Shown here piece after piece: positions 1-11,580 of a stretch of DNA of 64,000 bases (its first letter is position 1; each line of letters opens with the position of its first letter). The translations under genes and the position numbers were made by a program. This DNA comes from Hydrolagus affinis. Taxonomy: Eukaryota. Location of the stretch: the NCBI GenBank assembly GCA_012026655.1, contig JAAILG010000096.1:1-64000 (forward strand). The letters run 5' to 3'. The notes under the pieces were generated by a model, which saw nothing but the letters and a program-made list of their open reading frames with translations, had not been told where the DNA came from and made no database searches.

Positions 1-144
1 CCCCCCACCCTTTGCATACCTGTATATTGTATTCGAGGACTATGAATACAATATGGTGGCTCTGCACCTCGGTCTGTGCATTGTGGATTGAGATGAGCAT
101 TCTGGGTCTTGTAGTTCAGTGTGCGCGCATCCCAATTTTTTCCC

Positions 145-255
145 TCGATATACTGATTTTTCGATATATCGATATTTTTGAAATGCCTATATCGGCATAT
201 CGATATGAAAATTATATCGGGTTTTAGCGATATATCGATATATCGCCGGACCCTA
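145..255. mobile_element. Terminus of a non-autonomous hAT-like element
   Basis: Multiple CGATAT/ATATCG subterminal repeats ending ...ATATCGCCGGACCCTA (TAGGG-type terminus); other end not found. Confidence 0.55.
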
Positions 256-418
256 CCACCTACACATGAAAATCTCAGAGATAGATTTTTGGAATAGAAT
301 ACACTGTCTCCCTGGACGGGAGCATCTTGCTTACCTAATTCTGGAAAGTAGTAGCCAAGGTTGATAAGAGGCAAGGCTCAGGGACCCCAGAATATACATT
401 GGGGCACTGCTGGATTCT

Positions 419-1040
419 AACAACAACAACAAAATTGCACTTATATAGCGCCTTTCAGGTCGGGAGGATGTCCCAAAGCGCTGAACAGTCAGGTCGGGAC
501 CCGAGCGGGGCTGGGGGGGGGGGAGAGGGTCGCGGTAGGGGAAGGAGAGTGGGAGAGGGGGAAGAGTTAGTGGGGGAGCTGAAGGTGCAATCGAAGAGGA
601 AGGTCTTGAGACCAGCCTTGAAAGAGGAAAGGGAGGAAGCAAGGCAGAGGGGCTGCGGGATGGAGTTCCACAATGTGGGAGCAGAGAGACTGAAAGCCCA
701 GCCGCCGATGGTTGGGTGGTTAGGGCGGTGGACACGGAGCAGGCCTGAGTCTGCTGAACGGAGGGGGCGGGCAGGCTGATAGGGAGAGCAGGTCAGAGAG
801 ATAGGTGGGGGCAAGGCCGTGAATAGCCTTGAAGGTGAGGACGAATTCGACCCTCTGGGGGATGGGGAGCCAGTGGAGACAGGCGAGGTGGGGAGTGATG
901 TAGCTGCGGAGCCTAGGGCGGGAGTATACGAGCTGCAGAATTCTGAATGTTCTGCAACCTGTGAAAGGAGGAGCTGGGAAGGCCAACAAGGAGAGAGTTC
1001 CCATAGTCGAGCCCAGATGTGACGAAGGCGTGTATAAGTG
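419..1040 (-). mobile_element. L2-clade LINE, 5'-truncated 3' end
   Basis: Frameshifted ORF2 C-terminus ([40 protein letters not shown]); 3' UTR and (TTG)n tail. Confidence 0.9.
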
Positions 1041-1274
1041 ACCAGCTAACCAGTGATTTAGCTAACCAGCTAACCCAGTGATTGGTCTGCCCTTCCAGGT
1101 CCTGCTGATGAGCCAGGCTGCCGGTGCCGTAATCAGCAGTGCTGTGGAATACTGTGGAACCCACAGAGAGCTGGCTCGATTCGAGGCATTTCGCCTTGGA
1201 GCCAGTTCAGCTCCAAGGAGACCTTGCTTACCTCTCCCTCCCCCAAGGAGGAATCGTCCCAAATCAAGTCACTG

Positions 1275-1405
1275 GAACATAAGAATAAGGAGCAGGAGTA
1301 GGCCATTCGGCCTCTTGAGCCTGCCCCACCATTCAATAAGATCATGGTTGATCTTATAATCTAACTCCACCTGCCCGCCTTATCCCCATATCCCTTCATC
1401 CATAA
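1275..1405 (-). mobile_element. CR1-type LINE 3' end fragment
   Basis: Minus strand ...gaatggcctactcctgctccttattcttatgttc, typical CR1 3' tail. Confidence 0.75.
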
Positions 1406-2026
1406 GAAATCTGTCACATCATATGTGCAGAATCATCTGCCTGTGGTGGACGGACATTTATAGGATAACTTGGGACACTCTAGCCTGCTTGATGCTCTTG
1501 CAGTCCAAGTCTAATGCTGTGTACCAGGCCTACTGAGCTGCTCAATCCAGGTCTTTGTGTGCGGGGTCTCAAGCCAATAGATGTGCTCGCTGTGAAGCCG
1601 CCTCCGCCCACGGGAAGCAGCTGCGGAAATGGGCTGAGGCTTACACTGACCTTGGTACAGGCCGGAGCTCTCCCTTTCCGCAACTGCTTCCCACGTTTGC
1701 AGCAAATCCACCTCACGGGTTGATCCGGGACTTTGTAAATAGTCGAAGGAAGCCTCTCCCCAGGAGCTCAGGTCCATAAAGGAGGGCTGTTTGCGCAGGG
1801 TCTTGTACACCGCAAGCTTGACCTGAGTGAGTGCTATGCGCTCAGGCTCGGGCACAGCTGGTGACTGACCGGTGTGACCAGATTGGGTTTATGCTTTTGT
1901 CCAACTCTCTTTTTTAAACAAAAAAAATGGCTGGGAGCTGGTTCCTCATTTTTTTAATTTAAACTTTTGTTGCAAAATATTTTTTTTCCCTTTGAAGACT
2001 TTTTCTTAGTTTCAAAAGCACTAAAA

Positions 2027-2180
2027 TGTTTGTGGGGACACTGTTGTGGGCAATCGGCTGCCGCGTTTCGCCCATAAAATATACACAGCCAATTCACTCT
2101 ACAGTATATTCTGTGATGCGCTCTGAGGTCTCAACAGCGTGATAAGGCACTAAATCAAATGGAGATTATTATTATTATTA
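2027..2180 (+). mobile_element. SINE 3' half
   Basis: Matches body and tail of the window's main SINE; (ATT)n end. Confidence 0.85.
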
Positions 2181-2216
2181 GCCAAAATCGGCCACTCCAC
2201 CCACATTGGGGTGACG

Positions 2217-2423
2217 TTGGGCTATTTGGAGGCTGGGGTGGGCTATTTGGGGGCTAGAGTTGGGCTATTTGGGGGCTGGGGTTGGGCTATTTGGGGGCTG
2301 GGGTTGGGCTATTTGGAGGCTAGGGTTGGGCTATTTGGGGGCTGGGGTTGGGCTATTTGGGGGCTGGGGTTGGGCAATATTGGGCGGGTGCCGGACTATT
2401 CTGGGCGGGTGTTGGGCTATTTT
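2217..2423. repeat. 22-bp G-rich minisatellite (TTGGGCTATTTGGGGGCTGGGG), ~7 units plus degenerate copies
   Basis: Read directly from the sequence. Confidence 0.92.
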
Positions 2424-2439
2424 GTGTTATATTGTAATC

Positions 2440-2960
2440 TCTGGCCATGCTGTTCAGTGTCGCTGCTGAGCCGGAACCACACACACACACACACTGACTG
2501 ACTGACTGACTCCCCCTCTCTCTCTCTGAGCTTTAATTTGGCGGGATTCCTGATGGCTGAAGAGACAAGGCAGAGTCGGAGGATCAAGTGAAGCCTCCCT
2601 CCCTCCTCCACCGCGGGGCGAGGGTCCTGAGTACAGCTCAGGGCGCGGGTAGGTTCTGCACATGGTTTGCGCTGATCTATACAACCCCTCCCCACCCCAC
2701 ACACACACACACACCAGGGAGGGGGGGGAGGGGGCGACACTCGGTACACTAACCTCAGCTCACCGCCGGCCCAGCCTCTCCTCGCCGTCCACAGCCACTG
2801 GCGGGTCACGTGAGTGCGGCTCACACCACAACGGCGACGGTGTGACCTCACTGTGACGTCACCGAGTGACTAACGGCTCGCTGTGATGTCACTGAGTGAC
2901 TGTAAGCCTGGCCTCCTGTGATGACACTGCAGTGCAGAGTGACCCCACCTGGAAGTGAGA
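2440..2960 (+). promoter_or_regulatory. CpG-rich putative MCM9 promoter / first non-coding exon
   Basis: GC/CpG-rich; E2F-like TTTGGCGGGA 2537-2546, E-box TCACGTGA 2806-2813, CRE TGACGTCA 2854-2861 with degenerate repeats; possible donor GG|gtaggt at 2649. The acceptor just 5' of the ATG requires an upstream non-coding exon. Confidence 0.65.
2478..2527. repeat. Compound microsatellite (CA)n(CTGA)n(CT)n
   Basis: Read directly from the sequence. Confidence 0.9.
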
Positions 2961-3611
2961 CATTTTGTAACGTGTGAGGTCCAGTTGCCATGTTAAACTG
3001 CCCCCCAGTGTTGTCAAAGGGCATTGCTCCTTTATATGTAATGCAGGTTGGGTTTTTGTGGACCTACCGATTGCTGTATGAAACAGTTCCTTGTCAGAAA
3101 TACAGGATGACCGTGCTGTAAGACACCTTGCAAGGTTTCCTTTTAATGGGACCGTCTTGCCGGCACTGTGACGTTGGGCACAGCGGGAAGCCAGCCGGCC
3201 AGCGGGTCAGACACAAACACTGTTTCCTCGCAATGGAAACGCTTGCCAGAGGAGACCCAGCTGACATGTCACTGGAGGAGGTCAACCCCAATGGTTGACT
3301 GGAGGAAGCAGGACCAATTTTTTTGCACATTGGTTGAAACAGGATATCTAATTTTATGAACAGAAGACGTGGTGTTGTGGTGGGGTTAACTTGAAGCTAC
3401 CAACGGTGACGGTGACTTCTTAATCTTAGATGCTTACTATTTTAAAGTATTTCTTGAAAAGGGTGAGGTTAGGAAAATGTTTTTGTTGCGCATGTTAGGC
3501 TAGGGTTGTTAGGCTGAGGAATTCCCCGCCCGGAACCGTAGGTGAGGAACAATCCATAATAACGCTTTTAGGGAATTCGTAAAAGGAAACTAAAAGGAAA
3601 AATATAGGGTA

Positions 3612-3940
3612 ACAATAATACAATCCTAGCATTTGATATAGCATCTGATCATGTTATTGAAACGTCTCCAAGCTCTTCACAGAATATGCTGTAAAGTGAG
3701 CTCTGATGAACGATCATAGACCTGAAACGTTAACTCATTTTTCTCTCTTCATAGACGCTGCTTGATCTGCTGCGTGTTCCCAGCGTCTTCTGTGTCTATA
3801 CCAGATTTCTAGTATCTGCAGTACTTTGCCTTTTGTTATGCTGTAAAGTGAATTGACTTTATATTTTCTGGGCGATACACAGCAGCCAATTGTACACGCC
3901 GTGTTCCACAAACAGTTATGGATTGAGTGACCAAATTATT
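3612..3940 (-). mobile_element. SINE 3' half interrupted by insert 3700-3836
   Basis: SINE consensus resumes after a duplicated TATGCTGTAAAGTGA. Confidence 0.85.
3700..3836 (+). mobile_element. Short Penelope-like element with minimal hammerhead core; 15-bp TSD
   Basis: CTGATGA 3703-3709, stem-loop, GAAACGTT 3724-3731, AACTC; perfect TSD 3685-3699 / 3837-3851. Confidence 0.75.
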
Positions 3941-4256
3941 ATAGAGGGGGTGGTAGGGGAAAAGAAGGATAATAGGATTAATTGGATAGTCCTATCAGAG
4001 CCAGAACAGGCACGATGGCTCACTGTGCCAGACGTTTATATGGTTTTATGGATGTAGATGGTGGTTTTTGATGCAGAACAGTCTAACCAAATACTCTTAT
4101 GAATTGGGTTCCTATCTGAAAACCAACCCAAAGGATTTCTGTGACTCTGGGTTTGATGTATGAACTGTGTATTGTTTTACCGTTGCTGTCCATTGCCAGG
4201 TGATTAATGTGTCACTCAAAAGCCTCTTTACCTTTTTTGTTTTCCCAACAGGAAGA

Positions 4257-4566
4257 ATGTTCTTGAATAAAGAACAGATTGCCCTGATCGGGCAAGTATT
4301 TGAGTCTTATGTCCAGGAACACCACAAAAATGACATTGTCAGCATTCTGCAGGGACCTGACAGCGGAGCTCATTATCCCATTGTGGTGAATGCACTGACC
4401 CTGTTCGAAATCAATATGGAGATCGGTGAATACCTAAATGCATTTCCTAATGAAATCCTTCCTATATTTGACAATGCACTGAGAAGAGCATCAATGACAA
4501 TTCTGCAGGCTTACCCGGAGCAGAATAATTTGGTCATGAAACACAATCTTCACGCCAGAATTTCAG
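4257..4566 (+). CDS. MCM9: MCM9 coding exon 1 ([18 protein letters not shown]...NLHARIS)
   Basis: Acceptor tttcccaacag ends at 4251, ATG at 4257, donor TCAG|gtcagt at 4567; MCM9 N-terminal domain. Confidence 0.95.
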
Positions 4567-4810
4567 GTCAGTAGGTTAAACCTAAAAAAAATTCTTATGA
4601 AGGTTGTAATCTTTTCTGACTTTGGTTATGAAAACTGTAGATTGACTTATTTTGGTATATTCCAGATTTTGCATGGGAGCAAGTCCAGAATTAATACCAC
4701 TTCAGTTTATGCTAAAATCTCGAATCAATTTTCCTCCTAAATGAAGGAAATGGGAAGAGTTGATATTAGGTGGAGAATTAAGGTTTGGATCGATGAACTC
4801 ATAAAACGTG

Positions 4811-5129
4811 TGAAGTCCTGTACCTTAATGGTTAGAGCATTTGCCTTACAAACGAGTAACAAGAGAGACCTGGGTTCGATTTCAGGCAGGATGAAATCTT
4901 GGGCAAGTTTCCTTACTCTACATACCTAATAATAATCCCTAATTAAAATTAATAATTTGTTTTTTAATCCAAGACTGTTTGTGGGACCCACCTGTGCACA
5001 ATTGGCTGCCGTGTTTCGCCCACAAATATACAGTCAATTCACTTTACAGTATATTTTGTGAAGTGCTTTGAGACATCTGGAAGATGTGAAAAGCGCGATA
5101 TCAAATGCAATCAAAGTTAATTATTATTA
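4811..5129 (+). mobile_element. Full-length tRNA-derived SINE
   Basis: A box TGGTTAGAGC, B box GGTTCGATT, body and ATT tail. Confidence 0.9.
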
Positions 5130-5933
5130 ACTTTTGCACTTTATATAGCTAATCACAAACTAATTAGCAAAAAGTGCAGCAAAAATTGCAGGTTGTCAGT
5201 AATCTTCATTCTGATGATAACAGTTAATAGTGTAGTTTTTTAAAAAAGGTATTGAATGAGATACCAACAGTGTTCATGGTGCCTCACGGCAGAGAAAGCA
5301 CTTTGAGAAAGTACTTTGAGATCTCCCATAGAGAGCCTCATGTGAGTTGTATGAACCTGCAAGAGCTCAGCTCAAGGGGTATTTTATGTTCAAGCTGAGT
5401 TCTCACAAGTTGATTCTCATTTTCGTGCTGTGTTAAGATGGTTAACCAGTCATTGAACTATTTTCTTATTCATCCTCTGACAATGCAGAGCTCGCTCCCC
5501 CAGCACTATATTGGAGCATTAGCCTAGAACTATTTCATGGTTGTAAATAATTGCTGGATTTTAAGTTTAGTGTATAAGATGGTGCAGCTGCTCTTTAAAA
5601 CAGTATCTGCAGGGATGGTTAACTTTAAATTTTGTTTTGGACTGTTCAAATTTTGGACTGAGATTTCACTTGTGAGAACTCAACTTGAACACAAAATAAC
5701 CCTCGAGCTGAGCTCTTGCGGGTTATTCTGATGTATGATCATTTTTAGGCTACAGGACACAGGATGCACTTTGCAGTAAATCCTGTGAAGTTCGTTGAGA
5801 CATTTTTCCCCTCCTCCCCAGTTAAAAGATTCCAAAATAAATGCTAGGGTTGTTGTTATATTATTATTATTATTAGTCACCCAGACCAATAACACTGCCA
5901 TTACCATATTATTGGATGTTACTTTTCTTGGTA

Positions 5934-6846
5934 CAGGTATCCCCCACTTAACGAAAGGTTTAGGGACTTCAAAACCCCTCGTTAAGCGAAAATTGCGTTA
6001 AGCGGGCGGGAGGAAGGTCCCTACAGTGTTTCCGTATAGGAAAAAATTTGTTCTCAGTAATGCCATGCACCTAGCCTAGCGCTAACATTTACAGTGTATC
6101 AGCGACAGCATAAGGTAGGTAGCACTGCTATTGAAGGCAGGAAGAGAGAGTTAAAGAGACAGAGAGAGACTGTGAGTGAGACTGTGACAGCCAGAGACTC
6201 AAACAGAGAGAGAAAGAGACACACAGAGAGAGAGAGAGATACAGAGAGGGACAGAGAGAGAGAAAAAGAGAGCGCGACCCAGACAGACAGAGAGAGAGAC
6301 AGAGAGAGACAGGAAAGAGACACAGAGAGCGAGAGACAGAGAGAGGGAAAGAGACACGGAGAGAGAGACAGTGAGANNNNNNNNNNNNNNNNNNNNNNNN
6401 NNNNNNNNNNNNNNNNNNNNNNNNNNNNNNNNNNNNNNNNNNNNNNNNNNNNNNNNNNNNNNNNNNNNNNNNNNNNNNNNNNNNNNNNNNNNNNNNNNNN
6501 NNNNNNNNNNNNNNNNNNNNNNNNNNNNNNGACAGAGGGAGACTGAGACAGAGACAGAGAGAGAGAGACTGAGAAAGAGAGAGACAGAGAGAAGGAGAGA
6601 CAGACAGAGCATCCTATCGCTTAAGCTCCTCCCATACTGCAGCTTTCTCTTGGATTAGGTGGCTCAGCAGTAAGTGTGTGTATGTATGTGCGCTTGTGTC
6701 GCGGAGGCTGCCGGGAGACGAGCACGAGATTTAAACTTTCGTTATAGCGAGCGCAGCCTTCGCTAAGCGTATAGTGGGGTACAAATAGAAACCCTCGTTA
6801 TAGTGAAGTTTCGTTAACAGGGCGTTCGGTAAGCGGGGGCTACCTG
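5934..6846. mobile_element. Tigger/pogo-like MITE with internal GA-rich tract
   Basis: TIRs CAGGTATCCCCCACTTAACGAA / TTCGGTAAGCGGGGGCTACCTG flanked by TA on both sides. Confidence 0.85.
6143..6610. repeat. (GA/GACA)n low-complexity tract containing assembly gap 6377-6530
   Basis: Read directly from the sequence; run of N. Confidence 0.95.
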
Positions 6847-7743
6847 TATGTTCTTAGAACTTCCTAAAATAGCTACTTTTCGTAGCCAGTTTACATTTTA
6901 TTCACCAGATATGTTGACAAACATTCTGAACAGACCCAGTTGCACCGACGATTATATGAACTATGTTTGTGTTATACTGTCACATATATCTGCATTTCAA
7001 TTTGTAAATCAACATATTTCCTGATCTTCTCTAGTTCCTCATTTCTTACATTTTAATGACTTGGGAATAGCCACATCAATAATACTCCATGTATAGTCTA
7101 TTTGGTTATTTATGAAATATCTGGTTTGTTGCAATTTTTTTTAATCTGTATGTACTTGTGAGTCCCAAATTATTGTGAATGTTAATCTTTGATGTCACAG
7201 CCTTTATTGTTGTTAAATGTGATGCCAAATATTTTTCATACCAGAAATCCCATTGCTTTTGTTTTATGAATGTTGTTAAAAAGAACTACTGCATTTTTAT
7301 TTTACTGCAGAATATTCATTGGGGTTTATCTTGCAGTCATATTTAGAAAGTATGGAACATGACTTACTCAGATGTGCCATACCTCCCACCCCATCATACA
7401 CACTATTCCCAATGCTGAGCTGGAAGCTGTGTGATGTATTTGGCTTACAGATCAGGGCTTTTACTAAACAAAATAATCAGAGTAAAGCCATAACACAGAA
7501 GCTGAACACTCGACATCGCAGCTATCAGCATTGACAACATTGACAAGAGACTGGTATGGATCCACCTGCAGAGTTTAGTATCTGAATAATTCATTTCCAA
7601 TACATAAAGTGTCTCTAAATTGACACCGCACATTGAGACTCCACTGGTGCATGTGAAGCATTGTACGTGTTGCTAATTACTTGATGGTAATGGTATTCAA
7701 GAGATCAATGTAATAACCTGAATTTTCTCTTTTCATACTTCAG

Positions 7744-8060
7744 GTTTACCACTTTGTCCTGAACTGACAAGGGATCATATTCCAAAAACGAGAGACGTGG
7801 GTCATTTCCTTTCAGTCATGGGGACTGTCATACGCACTGGGATAGTGAAGGTACTCGAGTTCGAGCATGAATACATGTGCAACAAGTGCCGACATGTCTT
7901 CCCGGTATCTGTAGACTTTGAGCAGTTTTATACTTTCTGCCGTCCTACCTCCTGTCCCAATGAAGAAGGCTGCAACTCAACCAAATTCACATGTCTGTCG
8001 GGATCTTCATCAGCCCTTTCGAGATGTAAAGATTACCAAGAAATAAAAATTCAGGAACAG
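7744..8060 (+). CDS. MCM9: MCM9 coding exon 2 ([15 protein letters not shown]...CNKC...CPNEEGC...QEIKIQEQ), OB fold/Zn finger
   Basis: cttcag|GTTTA acceptor, CAG|gtgatt donor; MCM zinc-finger cysteines. Confidence 0.96.
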
Positions 8061-8188
8061 GTGATTGATTATAAAGATATTGCGCTTTAGTTTTATTGTA
8101 TTGTACGTCTCTTGAATCATAACCATGACAAAATGTGAATATTCGAAATTTTTACTAAATTGCAGTAATGATCTTCTCAGGCTTTTTG

Positions 8189-8527
8189 TGGAGTCCTGTA
8201 GCTCAGTGGTTAGAGCACTCGCCTTACATGCGAGAGACCTGGGTTCAATTCCAGGCAGGCCGAAACCCTGGGCAAGTTTCCTTACTCCACACGCCTAATA
8301 ATCCCTCCCCAAAAAAATAATGAATTGGTTATTTCAAATTGGTTATTTAATTGGTTATTTTTATTGGTTATTTCATGACTGTTGTAGTACACTGCTGTGT
8401 GCAATTGGCTGCTGCGTTTCACCCACATATATACAGTCAATTCACTTAACAGTATATTCTGTGAAATACTTTGAAACGTATAGAAGACGTGAAAAGCACT
8501 ATATCAAATGCAAGGATTATTATTATT
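8189..8527 (+). mobile_element. Full-length tRNA-derived SINE
   Basis: GGAGTCCTGTAGCTCAGTGGTTAGAGC head; internal 4x ATTGGTTATTT. Confidence 0.9.
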
Positions 8528-9381
8528 TTCTCTTCTGATGGGATTACCCGCTACCTGGGGTGAATTCCAGATGTTGTTTCTTCCCTAATCTGAGGCCAAT
8601 TATATCATATAATTACAAAACAATTTGCATTTGTATAGCAGCTTTCATGTCAGGAGGTACTCTCAATGCACTTGAATTATGTATAGCACTTCTGGTGCAA
8701 CGCTGGACCACTTAACATAAATGTGGACAGAAAATGTTCCTGTTCTGCATTGCTCTGCTCCACACACATTGAATTATCAGGGAGAAGATAAACAAATTTG
8801 GATCGACAGTTAATTTGAAGCCAATATTTCTGGGATTAGAATGAAGCCGCGATGGGAAATTCCATTATAAACAAGGAACTAAAAGAGATCTATAGTATTA
8901 AAGAGTTTCTGCCGAGATACAAAGAGGTGACAGTGAGACTGCTGGAGTGGTACGTCAATGCATTGAGCCAATGGAATGGTAGGGTGTGGCTTTACAACTG
9001 ATCCCCATATCTAGTTCTAAGCAAGATGTTCAGGAGGAAGTGCTGAACACAGGTTTGGTGTTTCTCTACAGAGGTGAATTACCTTGTCGGCTCTTGCACC
9101 TCTCTCGCAGCTGGTAATAATATAATGATAATCCTTCCATTTGATATAGCGCTTTTCACGTCTCAAAGACGTCTGGTACTAGCAATGCTGTGGTGACTCC
9201 GAGAATAGGTTGCCTGCCAGTCATAGAGTGACGTGGGAGTTGTTCGACTAGGGGAGGGATACATGTGCTGGAAGCTGTTTATTCATTCAGAGCACAATTT
9301 CTTCCTTCCGCTTCAGATAAAGTTATCCCTTATACTCACATTTCACTTGCACATCACTGCATGTATTCAGCTTTCCAGGAC

Positions 9382-9768
9382 AATAATAATCCTTGTATTT
9401 GACATAGGGCTTCTTCTAGACATCTCAAAGTGAATAATGCTTCACAGAGTTTGCATTATTCACATGTAAAGTGAATTGACTGTATATATGTGGGTGAAAC
9501 GCTGCAGCCAATTGCTCACAGCAGTGTCCCACAAACAGTCAATTTGAAATTGAAATCCAATTTCAAATTGGATTGAAATGACCAATTTATTATATATATT
9601 TTTATATATTATATATATTTTATATTAATACATTATATATATTTTTGAGGGATTATTATTAGGCATATGGAGTAAGGAAACTTGTCTAAGGTTTCACCCT
9701 GCCTGGAATTGAAACCAGGTCTCTCGCTTGTGAGGAGACTGCTCTAACCACTGAGCTACACGACTCCA
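9382..9768 (-). mobile_element. Full-length tRNA-derived SINE
   Basis: Reverse-complement match to consensus; expanded AT tract. Confidence 0.9.
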
Positions 9769-10394
9769 ACATTATTTCAACATTTGCATCAAGCATTTCT
9801 TGGTTACGAGTACAGTGTGGGGAAAGCTCCCTCTGAGTGCTTGGAAAAAGTGTGCCTTCTCTCCTAACCTCACTGGTTCTGTAAATTTCATTTCACCAGC
9901 AACTGGGTTTAGAGTGCTCTAACATATTTGCTTATGCTTAGGAGAAACGTTTTCACTCTTTGAGATGTGAAATGTATGTCCTGTCAAGTAAGATGATAAA
10001 GACAAGCGTTTATTGTGGTTTCAAGAGGGAAGTGGACAAGGATAGAGGCTGAAGGCGATTGCTTATAAGGCAGGCAGTGGGATTGAATGAACATGTTTCT
10101 CTGAGAGCTGTGCAGACTTGATGGCCCACATGACCTCCTTAAGTACTGTAAATTTCTATGACTTTATCATTCTATGATCTTCGAAACATTGAGGGGCTTG
10201 GGGAGGGAGAGAATTTAGTTTCATCCATTTAGTCTAGATAAGTATTAGAGATAAGAGGAGAGGAGAGAATTTCAACTCATTGTGCTAACCAGCCTCCCGA
10301 ATGCTTAGGGACAATGAGAAACAACAAGAACACATTCTTTATATTATAGCATCCTTCACAAGAGTAACACCTCAGAGCTTAGAAAGACAACATA

Positions 10395-10719
10395 TAATAA
10401 TATAATCCTTGCATTTTGATATAGCGCTTTTCACATCTTATTGATGTCTCAAAGCCCTTCACAGAATGTACTGAAAAGTGAATTGACTGTACATATAATT
10501 GTGGGCGAAACATGGCATCCAATTGCGCACAGCAGTGACCCACAAGCAGTCGTGGATTGAAATGACCAATTTATTATTGTGTTTTTTTTGGAGGGATTAT
10601 TATTAGGCGTGTGGAGTTAGGAAACTTGCCCAAGGTTTCGCCCTGACCTGCCTGGATTTGAACACAGGTCTCACGTAGGTAAGGCGAGTGCTCTAACCAC
10701 TGAGCTACAGGAGCTCCAC
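10395..10719 (-). mobile_element. Full-length tRNA-derived SINE
   Basis: Reverse-complement match to consensus. Confidence 0.9.
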
Positions 10720-10807
10720 ATACAGTTAATGTTCAGAATTTTCTTCTTGTTATGCAAAATAGCCATTTGCAATATTGCTTACGTACTATTCATGCTTCAA
10801 TCTCTAG

Positions 10808-10889
10808 GTTCAGAGACTGTCAGTGGGAAGCATACCTCGATCTTTATTAGTTATACTAGAAGATGACCTTGTGGATACCTGCAAGTCTG
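10808..10889 (+). CDS. MCM9: MCM9 coding exon 3 ([27 protein letters not shown])
   Basis: tctctag|GTT acceptor, TG|gtaatt donor; conserved MCM IPRS..LEDDLVD motif; too short for the ORF track. Confidence 0.95.
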
Positions 10890-11580
10890 GTAATTTATGA
10901 AAATTTATTACATATACATCGATAGTATATCCTGAGATAGCACTTTAACAAAAAATCCACATGACTTTCTGCCTTCACCCCATAGGCACGTCTCACAGAG
11001 AGTGTTGTAGAACATGGCTAAAGTACAGGATTGCTTATCTTCAAATTCAAAATCTTGATACTGTGAAACACTACATAAATACTGTAAATCTAGATTTGGG
11101 AAATTTCTCCCCGTATTTCATCAGTCATTAGAGTCTACATGAATAAATATATTTCGCTTTTTTTTTGCTAAGGTTGAATTCCCCTATTTCCAAAAATGTC
11201 ACATTTCATGTTGTTAATGTCAAAATGCTAGGAAATATAACAAAAAAATCTACAAGAAAGACCCATAATTAAAGGTAATTATTTAAGTTGAAATCTTGTG
11301 ACATTCAGCAATTATATGAAATGTCGTAGGATATATAATTGCTGAGACCCAAATTTAGATTTTTAAATTCACTTGTCAAGAAAACAATTTGCTGGTTTAA
11401 CATAGTCTAACATGCACCATATTGGTATCACACGTTTCAAGGCTTGCTGTTGATAGCTTTAATGCAGTAGAGAATTTTTTTGCCCAAATCTGAGAGTTTA
11501 CAGCACAGAATAAGGCAATTTTGTCCATTGTGTGTGCAGTTCTATATTCTCCACTATGTTACTGTGCCCTATGATATATG

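Noticed and set aside
1100-1185. CTGATGA followed by GAGCCAG/CTGGCTC stem, a possible hammerhead
   Set aside because: No GAAA box after the stem; core incomplete.
2211-2501. Gly/Trp-rich repeat ORFs; CRISPR-like periodicity
   Set aside because: Tandem 22-bp minisatellite without unique spacers, in vertebrate DNA.
6094-6658. Arg/Glu-rich and Ser/Leu-rich ORFs
   Set aside because: Translations of a GA microsatellite spanning an assembly gap inside a MITE.
8189-8262. tRNA-Val/Ala genes at SINE heads (about 15 loci)
   Set aside because: Acceptor stem not closed, copies diverged, and each runs directly into the SINE body.
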